Shown piece by piece: positions 1-9,515 of a DNA stretch of 64,000 bases. Position 1 is the first letter of the stretch; every line of letters begins with the position of its first letter. Below the pieces are notes generated by a model, which was not told the origin of the DNA, did no database searches, and worked only from the letters and a program-made list of their open reading frames with translations. The stretch covers positions 124,622,001-124,686,000 of the forward strand of contig CM059431.1 in NCBI GenBank assembly GCA_030390025.1, written 5' to 3'. The DNA is from Squalus acanthias (taxonomy: Eukaryota). A program made the translations under genes and the position numbers.

Positions 1-679
1 TTGAAGGTAAGCATGCAGGTGCAGGAGGCGGTTAAGAAGGCAAATGGTATGTTGGCCTTCATAGCGAGAGGATTCGAGTACAGGAGCAAGGATGTCTTGC
101 TGCAGTTGTACAGGGCCTTGGTGAGACCACACCTTGAGTATTGTGTGCCGTTTTGGTCGCCTTATCTGAGGAAGGATGTTCTTGCCATGGAGGGAGTGCA
201 GCGAAGATTCACCAGGCTGATACCTGGGATGGCAGGAATGACGTATGAAGAGAGATTGGGACGATTGGGCTTGTATTGGCTAGAGTTTAGAAGAATGAGA
301 GGGGATCTCATTGAAACTTATAAAATTCTAACAGGACTAGACAAACTAGATGCAGGAAGGATGTTCCCGATGGCGGGGGAGTCCAGAACCAGGGGTAAGC
401 CATTTAGGACTGAGATGAGGAGGAATTTCTTCACCCAGAGAGTGGTGAACCTGTGGAATTCTCTACCACAGAAGGCAGTTGAGGCCAATTCATTAAATAT
501 ATTCCAGAAGGAGTTAGATATATTTCTTCAGGCTAAAGGGATCAAGGGATATGGGGAGAAAGTAGGGACAGGGTACTGAATTTGGATGATCAGCCATGAT
601 GTCATTAAACGGCGGAGCAGGCTCGAGGGGCCGAATGGCCTACTCCTGCTCTTATTTTCTATGTTTCTATGTTTCTATA
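1..679 (+). mobile_element. CR1 LINE 3' fragment (ORF2 C-terminus, 3' UTR, (TTCTATG)n tail)
   Basis: ORF 1..579 has CR1 ORF2 C-terminal motifs ([42 protein letters not shown]); short tandem tail at about 655-679. Confidence 0.9.
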
Positions 680-1262
680 TCCTTCCTTAGGTAAGGAGTC
701 CAAAATTGTAAACAGTACTCCAGGTGTGGTCTCACCAAGGTCCTATATAATTGAAGTAAGACTTCTTTACTCCTGTACTCAAATCTCTTGTAATGAAGGC
801 CAGCATACCATTTGCCTTCCTAATGGCTTGCTGCACCTGCACATTCACTTTCAGTGACTCATGTACAAGGACACCCAATACCCTTTGAGCATCTGCATTC
901 CCCAATCTTTCACCATTTAGGAAATACTCTGCCTTTCTGTTTTTTCTACCAAAGTGGATAACTTCACATTTAGCCACATTATATTCCATCTGCCATGTTC
1001 TCGCCCACTCACTGAGCCTGTCAAGATCCCCTTGAATCTTCTTCACATCCTCTTCACAACTGACACTGCCACCTAGCTTTGTATCATCAGCAAATTTGGA
1101 AATGTTTCATTTAGTCCCCTCATCCAAATCATTGATATAGATTGCAAATAGCTGGGGCTTAAGCACCGATCATTGCGGTACCCCACTAGTCACAGCCTGC
1201 CATCCTGAAAAAGACCCGTTTATACCTACTCTTTGTTTTCTGTTCCCTACTCTTTGTTTTCT
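680..1262 (-). mobile_element. CR1 LINE RT fragment, inverted
   Basis: ORF 732..1046 ([23 protein letters not shown]); upstream revcomp encodes GVP..SVL and KFADDTKL. Confidence 0.85.
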
Positions 1263-1773
1263 GTTCACTTTCCAAGCTCAGAAGCTGTTGCTTACGGCAT
1301 TTGGAAGAAGCTTTGAGCTTTATGCAGGTTGCAAGTGTTTGGAGTAAAATCTGTATCCAATCTCATTGGAACAACCTCTCTCACCATTGAGAGATCGCTT
1401 CTGTCATCTCAATTTCACCTGCCATCTATTACATCAGCATCGGTGCCCTTGAAACTATCCCACCTTGGTCCTCGGAATCGCACCATGATCAGCCCCAACA
1501 CCAGTAGCACCTGGCACACCAGCAGCACCACCAACAACACCAACCTTCTCCACAATCAACTGATGTTGCACAGGACACAGGGCATCAGCACCTGACCACA
1601 TTGCTGCCCGGTACTCCAAAGATGGCCTCCCCATGGCCAGATTTACTTCACTTGATGCTGTAAACCCTGGCTGCCACAAGATGCGCCAGGTTGGCACCAA
1701 CCCGCACCAACACCATAAAGCATCCCTACAATGACCAAGCCATTCCTTTCACACTCATCACCATTGTGGGGGG

Positions 1774-3464
1774 TGTAAGGGTTTTGTCTCTCAGCCTGTG
1801 AGATTCGCGTGGCTCTGTGCAGCCCGGGTGCTAGTGCGGGTTTAGGCCTTGTTGCCTGTTCTGGTCTCCAGCCAGTCTGGGAGCACTAGACACACCTGTG
1901 AGTGGTTCGACCCACTCGCCCTTACGGTTCTAGACACTGGACTTAGATGCGAGAGCAGTAATGGAGATGAAACTCAGGTAGACTCGGTTGAATGGTACGA
2001 AATGGAAAATCTTTATTGCATAGTACTTAAGATTACGAAATACATGTCATACGCACAGATTAATGACAGTACAATCTTACACGCAGTTATGTAATTAATT
2101 TCAGGGAAACGAGGAACGAACGACACATCGTAAATGGGGACACACATTACAATTATCCTTAATACTTGAAACCCTCCCCTATCAATATCTGTCCTAAGCT
2201 AGATTCGTAGGATTCGAGACTCATGCTCACCACTCGTGATAACTCGGAGAATTCCGAAAACTCTGATCGGATGTTTTTCACCGCAGCGCCCACGTGTCGA
2301 TCAGGGAGTCTCCTGGCCCCACTTGTTTACTCGTTTCTGCTCCGGCTAGCAGGCTGGAACGTCTGCTGTCATGAAGATCTGTGTTGTCCTCGGAGTTCCG
2401 ACTCTACTCAAAAAAGAGTCTTCCTGTGCCCTCGCACTGATGCGATAAAATTCGAAGAAGAGTCTTCCTGTGTCAGTTCTGTAGAACTCAAAGAAGTCTT
2501 CCTGGCAAGGAAAATGTCTATTCGACCTTCAGGCGCGGTCGGGGCTTACTGACCGTGGCGATAAGTATGGTCTTCTTCTCTTCTCATCTCATCTCATCTC
2601 ATCTCATCTCATCTCGGGCCTTCGGTTCCAACACCGTTTACCGACTTATCGGAATGGTGCGCCCGCTTCAAGGCTTCAGAGCCCAGTTCTACACAGGTCT
2701 TCGCGACACGACACGAGGTAGATTCGAGCGGATCGTAAAGTTCAACAGTCTTTTGAAAAGAGACAAGAGGCAAGCAGGAACAAGACGGCGAGTCAAGAGC
2801 AGCCACGAGGATAAACACCAGCAAGATAAGAGAAAGATGGACGGTTGGAGCTTGTAATTATAGTGCAAAATCTTCCGTTTCCCGCCCAACCTTAATGTCT
2901 TCTCTTTTGTTAGGGTTTGGCGCTCAAATGTCTTGTATAGGGTGATCTTCGTTTTAATGGGTTTCGGGGCTACTCGTAAACGTCTGAGTACCTGTTAATA
3001 TTTCTCCCATTGTTTAATCGGTCGGTGTTCTCCCCGGAGGGGTTTTGGGGCTTCCAAGTGTTTTCTGTAACTACCCGCTAACGGCTCTCTCATCGTAGAG
3101 TCGTTGGGATTTTACATATTAATGTCTTTGGATGGGTTCTTGATTACTTGGTACAATAGCTTTTATTCGTACCTGGGAGACCGATTTCAGTATTTATGTG
3201 TATACTGTAAACCCATGATGTCTCGTGTATTATCTTAAATGTGCTGAGTCTTAATCGATCTTGCACAAATGTTTACTGGAACGCCATCTTGTCTGCCTGT
3301 CGAAAAGTCTAGAATGTTCTGCCACGAGGTGCGGCGGCCATTTTACAAGCTGCTTGTGTCCACTTTGAAAACCTGACAGCATTCCGCTGAAATAAAAGCT
3401 GTTTGAACGAAACTATGTGTTTTTCTCCTTATTAATAAAATCGCGATATATTGCGAATTCTACA
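1774..3464 (-). repeat. 3' LTR (1691 bp)
   Basis: TGTAAGG...TCTACA; near-identical to 9516-11206; minus-strand AATAAA at 2012-2017; internal (TCATC)n tract at about 2584-2614. Confidence 0.97.
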
Positions 3465-3476
3465 GTCCCTCCTGTT
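3465..3476 (-). promoter_or_regulatory. Polypurine tract
   Basis: Minus strand reads AACAGGAGGGAC immediately before the TGTAG start of the 3' LTR. Confidence 0.8.
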
Positions 3477-3911
3477 GATGCGAATAACTCCGCTTATCGT
3501 ATCAAAAATATTGTGGTGAGCAATATTATCTCGATTTCTCCAGATCCAGAAAATTAATCCCATAACTTAAACTATCTAGGGTCTTTGCGTCGTCCTTATT
3601 TCCCAAGAAAATTACATTTTATATCACCGTAGGCATCATTTGCCTTTAAACTTACACCACTTGTTTTCCTTCCAGGTGTAACCAGGCCGATGCCTCTCGT
3701 ATCACCTGTATATTCATCTTTTTATTTAGGGAAAGGAAAAACAAAACCCAAAACCAAACAATCATTTTTAACGACAACACCATCACCAAAATAACCAACA
3801 CCAACTCTCAACACATGTCGAGTTCCAAACGTATTTACAGTCTTTGAAAATCATGATCGAGTACAAACTTCCGCGGCGCACGTGGCAAGCGGGAGTGACG
3901 CCATTTTCCGA

Positions 3912-6263
3912 TCACACGGTGCTTTCGTCGTGCACGCGCACGTAACGTTCTCGCCACTCTCCCGTGTTTTCATGCTTGGTGAGGCGTTTGCCTCTTTTAC
4001 AATGTATGATCAATAGGTACACTACAATAAAAACTTGGCATACAACCAAAATGTGGGAGGCTATTCTGATCCATGAAGGTACTTCAATATTGGTGAACAG
4101 ATTCCACCACGGTGGAATTACTATATCCAGAATGTCTGTTCCTATTTCGACAGTTTTCTGTTCTAATGTGTAAAAATGTTTCTGTGACACCGCGACGGCT
4201 TTTAAAAGCTTGGTGAGGTGTTCAGGGAGAGGGGGAATGAGGTATCCGAAATGCGCGACGAATCGCTGCAAGTCGGTGAAATTCTCTTTTACTGTTAGAT
4301 GAACAGGGGATGGTTCAGGGATTGGGACAATTCGCTGTTGTGCTACTTGAACTTCCGCCCTGGGTTTGAAACAGAAACTGCTGTCACTCACCGGACACCG
4401 GCTACGGTTTCCATGCTGGTAGTGTTGCGCTGCAGTGGTAACACAATATGTTCCACCCCCGATGTATGCTACCTGCGGAGGCACATGATCTTGTGCCATT
4501 GCCTCCATGGTGCAATTCATGGACTTGGCGCCAGCCGTTCTGAACCCGCACTGTGGTGTTAAAAAGGCATTCAAGTGCTGGGGACACAGTATTATGTGTG
4601 CTCCCCTGCCACGACAACCAGAGAGATCTGTACCTGTCATCGTTTGCTCCCAGCGGAATGACGTAAGGTGGAACCGCTGCATAGCGAATGTGGGGTCCCC
4701 CCTGAATGACACCAATGTTCTCTACCCGATACACCGGGGCGGGCTTTGCTGTGTCGCCCAAAACCGGCATACGTAATACTATACCCATGATGGTATGGTT
4801 TGATCGTCCACAGTCCACGGGGACTGGGTATGCTTCTGAAGCTAGCCTGAGCTGGCACGGGCTTAATGCGTTCTGAAAAGGGTGGAGCGCCCGCAGGTGT
4901 TTGTTACTTATCCAGGACGGGACCAAACCTTGTTTTAAATCCTCCAAATTACTGCGGCCCTCGCCCAGTAACCACGCCCCGTAAAGCACGCACACCTCAT
5001 TCTGCGCAGCTTGATCGGATGCATTCCGATCTTCCCTAATCAGGGCATTTACCATCTTTGCATGTTTCTCCAACTCTGCTATAATTTCTTTTAAATGGAG
5101 AGTCATGGCTTGGTCCTCGTGTAAACCCGACCCAACCACTTTATTTTCATCTGTTAGAATGTCTTTTAATTGTGTCTTTAAACCATTAATCTGGGTCTGC
5201 AGCTCCACACTGTCTAGAGCGTTGACCACAGATGTACCCGTGTTAAAACCAGTGAACACGTCGTTCACTACACCCCTTCTTTGCCTCCCTACTTGATCCA
5301 AAACTTCATGTGGTGCGGTGTACAAACTTGTTTTATCAATTTCCGCGAAATCGAATTCGTAAAATTGTCTGAACATCTTGGTCAACAGGACCTGATATAA
5401 CTGTTCCGTCTTTTTGGGGCACCACTCTGGTAACCGCACCTCGGTGAGATTTAAAATCACCGAGGCCACCGCGTAATGTACCCCCTGAAATAGTATCTGG
5501 TCTGTGGGGACCAGTACCAAACCATTCCCGGGTCCCTTACTAGTTTTAGGGCACCCTTCCTCTTCAGCTAGAACCACCGGAATCGTGGGCGGGGCTTTGC
5601 GTGGGCGCGTAATGAGCTCAGTGGCATTTACCGGGATCGAAGAGTATGGGGCTCCGCACCCCCTGGTGCTCGCATCCCACCTCTTCCCCTGTCCGTTATC
5701 CTGCCATTGATTAATGAAAAATATGGAGATGCCTTTGGGGCAAGCGTACTTGGACCCCCACATGCATACATAAATTCCCTCATCCGGTTCCCACCATTTG
5801 TCCCAACAGACTCTCACTTGTCCGTTTGTCCCCGTAATTGTCCGATGGGTATTATTACCCAGTCGCTCCCACTCGACCGAAGAGTTCCTCATGTTTTTGC
5901 TCAGCTTTCGCAGCCACCACCATCGGCTCAATGGGACATTCCCACTACAAGTCAAACAAATCCGTTTGCCGACGGTGACGCTGATCCTAGGTGCGATGAT
6001 CCTTACTTTGGGGCACATTAAAGAAGTCTCTTGGTAGGCAACCCCGATGTGCTAGAATACTCCGTTGAGTTTGTTCCCAGCCATCCTGGCCACCTTCCCT
6101 TGTGGAAATAGGTGGTGGTCTCCTCAGCCTCCCGTCTTCCGGTCCCATGCACCGCGATGGGGGCCGTGTCCCCGGAGCATCCAAATACCACGACATCCTT
6201 GGTGCGGCCTCGATAGGCCAATCCACATCCGATTGCCGCGAGCAATACTAGAATTCGTTCCAT
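3912..6263 (-). pseudogene. env: env: signal peptide, Ig-like domain, F-type class I fusion protein, TM; about 780 aa when two frameshifts (about 6050 and about 4655) are repaired
   Basis: Signal peptide MERILVLLAAIGCGLA (ATG 6263); Ig motif LTC..W..DEGIYVC; RQRR furin site (5275-5286) followed by GVVNDVFTGFNTGTSVVNA and a heptad repeat; Cys-rich region; TM ILVVCQVFIVVYLLII; short tail. Built from ORFs 6018-6380, 4402-6018 and 3912-4715. Confidence 0.85.
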
Positions 6264-6554
6264 CCTTCCTTGGTTCCTGTGATCATATAGAATGAGGTAG
6301 CCAGCCTCGCAAGAGTCTCTGGCTTTTGTGAGGGGTGAGCGGGTCCCCTGACCTCGCCTCACGTAAACTTCAATGTTCACTGAATAAACTTTAACTAGAC
6401 CTATCCAAAACTCCCATCATTTTATCATTTTCTGTTAAAATTAAACTACAAACTTAACCTTATTTAAAACTATGAACTTATTACCTTAAACTTATAAACT
6501 TACAAACTTAAACTTATTACTGTACAGCGCCGCCCGTTCCCAGGGCGGCCCCTT

Positions 6555-7702
6555 TTAAATTCTGAGAAGGCTGCTGCGAGCTCTTCCCGACGGTGGGAGG
6601 GCACTGACCCCTTCCTTTGATCTGCCGCAGCCTGTTGCTGCTGCGATGGGACCGGGCCCTACCTGGGCTGCCTTAACCTTAAGCCTGCGCCTTGGGGCAG
6701 TCTGGGGACATGACCACATTTTCCTGGGCTGGGGTGCTCGACCTGACCTACGAGGAGTTGTCGGGGGCAGGAATCCCAGGACCGACGGACCGGGTTCCGA
6801 GACTTCCACCGGGACGACCTGTGGTCCCACCACAGTCGCTGGCTCCGCCCCCCCTGACTCCGCCTCCCTGACCTCGGGACTTGCAGCTTGTGGCACCGCC
6901 CTGCTCGGCCCAGCAGGCGGCCCTTCACTCGCAATCCCTACCTCCCCCGAGGGCAGGACGTTCAAGGTGGGCGGCTCGGGCTCTGAGGTTTTCACCGTCA
7001 CGCCCTGTGGTCTCACAGTGGCTGGCTCCGCCTCCCCTAGCTCCTCCCTCCTGTGTTCGGACCTGCAGGCTCGGTGTCCACCCTGTGTGGATCTCTATCT
7101 GCAGCCCCTGTCCTCCCTATACCTGAATCGGGGGCGACCCTTGCGTTCCCCGATTCCCACTCGTCCTCATCACTATCCTCATCTGACTCGAGTTCCAGGA
7201 ACTCTCCCTCATCTGACTCCCAACCCCACAAAAATGTTTCACAATTTTCCAGGATGTCTCCTCCCCTGATGCAAGCTGCTTTGCCTGCCTGTGTGCCTTG
7301 TGGTCCTACCTGGGGCTGCGAGTCCCCACTCGCAGGTCTGGCCCCTCCCCTAAGACAGGCCACCGCCCCTGCTTGTTTCTGTGAAATCTCACCTGCTGGA
7401 GGCTGCAGATTTCTATCCTGTTTTAAATCCTCATACTCCCTGCTCCTGGCTACCCTGTAGGCTGCTTTTATCTCTCTAAGCTGCCCTTCTAGCCTGAGCA
7501 CGTCTAACTTTCCCATTAAGCGGGCGTTCTCCTCCCGCAGGGCCTGCTCTCTAAGCTGCCCTTCCAGCCCATCTATTTTCCCTATTAAGCGGGCGTTCTC
7601 CTCCCGCAAGGCCTGCTCTTTTAACCTGGCCTCCTCACAGGAGACGCCCTCCTGTGCGTGTCTTTTAAAAGGACACAGGTAGGCAGGCTGCGTGGGCTCT
7701 AG
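6555..7702 (-). CDS. ORF2 in the pol position: coiled coil, acidic tract, Pro-rich repeats, RRSGR tail; in frame with gag; probable frameshift at about 7045
   Basis: Frame is open from the codon after the gag TGA (7702) through ORF 7037-7609 and probably joins ORF 6555-7016. No DTG/DSG protease, YxDD RT or HHCC/DDE integrase motif seen. Confidence 0.6.
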
Positions 7703-9511
7703 TCATTGGGTACTATTGGACGGGCCTGTGGCACCTACGGGGCCGGTAGCAACCGCCACTTTTCCATGCGCACTCATGAAGTTGCGCATGGCTCCCAACA
7801 CTGTTTCGAGGTCGTCGGGAGGGGTGGGTGCACTAGCTTCCCTAACAGAGACAGGCATCTGGGCTTGGGCTGCGGGATTTTTATCCCTGGAATCCTTCCA
7901 AGGGTTCCCGCAGTTCTTGCGCCAGTGCCCTGTCCTCCCACACCCGTAACAAGCATTACTTGCCTGCGGGGCGCGGTTACCCTCCTGATGCCACTCCTTT
8001 TGATCCGGGGCTGCGGGTCGTACCTCATGTACTTTTCCCTTAAGGGGACGTGTTCCCATACCCCTTATATTGCGATATCCTACCGTAAGTCGATTTAAGA
8101 CCGACTCTTCCGTAATGTTGGGGTCAGTGGGATCAAACCACGCTTTTGCCTGCTCTCTGACGGCTGGCAAACTGTTGGCTACTATACACCTGAGCCAATG
8201 AGTTAAACCGACGCCGTCCACAGCGTCGCGCTCTGGCGCACCTGGACAGCTGCGTTGATATACTGGCCACAGCCTGTCGGCAAAAACCTTCGGGGGTTCT
8301 CCCTCCATCTGCACTGTCTGTCCCAGTCTAGCAAACGGACCTTCATCGTCCGTCCCCAACACTTCTAGGACCTCATTTTTTAATGCCTCATATGTCTTGG
8401 TTCCCCTCTTGCTCTCGTCCGAGAGACACTGAAGGATTGAACTGCCTAACGAAAATAACAGCATTTTTGCTGTTTCCCCATCATCGCAGCCGTTAATGGC
8501 TGCGGTTTGCTCAACTTCTCTGAAGTGTACGGAAGGGTCGTCTGACTCGGTCAGCTTCCGTACGTGATTTATCATAACTCTCAGCTGGTGTGAGCTGTGA
8601 GGCAACACAAGCTGGTTGAGGAGAACCCCTGGTTCCTCCCCACCGTTTCTGTTTGGGCCCCTTTTTATACCCGTAACTGGACACAACGGTCCCTTTTCCA
8701 CTTCTTCCTCAGTGGGCTCTTTTGTTTCTTCTACTACTTCCTCCCTTACCCAGGTTTCCGACTAGCTGGGTGGCGCGGAGGGCGTAGTGGCTACTACTTC
8801 CTTTGCTTTACTTGGTGGGAATTTCTGAAACTCCTCATCTACTAGCGGCTGGTGTGCTGACGGACTGATAAGGCACACCATGCCGTGCGCTTTGTTCACG
8901 GCCCTTTTAAGGTGCACTATCTCCTTTTGGCAGGCGCTATGATTGGCCCCCTGGAATTTATCCTCAAGGGCCATCTTATATGCCGCCCTAACCCCCGTTA
9001 AGCTCTCTTCCTGGGCTCTTATTTGGGCAGCTTGGCGGGCACATCGTTCCTTTAGTCTGCCCTCACTTAACTTTGCCTCAGTGACCTGGCACTCGAGGTA
9101 ATCTATTTTTGCTTTGTGGTGACTGGTGATTTCCTGGCGTTCTCGGTGCAGCGCACTTAAATTCCTAATGAGCAACTCCCCTCCAGAGACCTTCTCATCC
9201 ATTTCCTCCTCTAAATGCCTGATCCGAGCTGTTTGCGCTGTAATGACCTGGTTTGAAATCTGGACCTGCCTTTTGTAACACATTAACCAGACTGCTTTCT
9301 CGACTGTCTTTTTATGTTCCTTACTATCTGTCCACCTCTCGGCTGCCTCTAGTGGACACTTATCCGCTAACAAGTCACTTATCCATTTTTTTGTTAAATT
9401 TACCTTTCCGAACACATAATCTGCGATCTTTTCCTGCATAACATTTCGTACATTCACACCAAAGTCTAACACACTACCCTCTCGCTGCCAGTGTCCTGCC
9501 GCGCTCGCCAT
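7703..9511 (-). CDS. gag: gag (602 codons) with one internal in-frame TAG at 8762-8764
   Basis: ORFs 8762-9511 and 7703-8701 share a frame and are separated only by one TAG. N-terminal coiled coil, PSAP (8771-8782), MHR-like QMEGEPPKVFADRL, zinc knuckle CYGCGRTGHWRKNC (7910-7951). Confidence 0.9.
9493..9510 (-). promoter_or_regulatory. Primer binding site, tRNA-Arg(TCG)-like
   Basis: TGGCGAGCGCGGCAGGAC, 5 nt after the 5' LTR; 17/18 match to the complement of the vertebrate tRNA-Arg(TCG) 3' end as I recall it (GTCCTGCCGCGGTCG+CCA). Confidence 0.85.
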
Positions 9512-9515
9512 CTTC

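Noticed and set aside
2400..2505. Spaced direct repeats resembling a CRISPR array
   Set aside because: Only 3-4 degenerate units inside a eukaryotic LTR; no cas genes.
1849..2889. Duplicated ORFs of 66-109 aa (also at 9591-10631)
   Set aside because: They lie inside the LTRs and are duplicated only because the LTRs are; frames are not kept in the sister LTR beyond MLTTRD.
6016..6020. TAATG stop-start overlap as coupled translation of env
   Set aside because: The downstream frame is open for 11 codons upstream (HIGVAYQETSL) and the signal peptide is in the upstream ORF, so a simple frameshift is more parsimonious.
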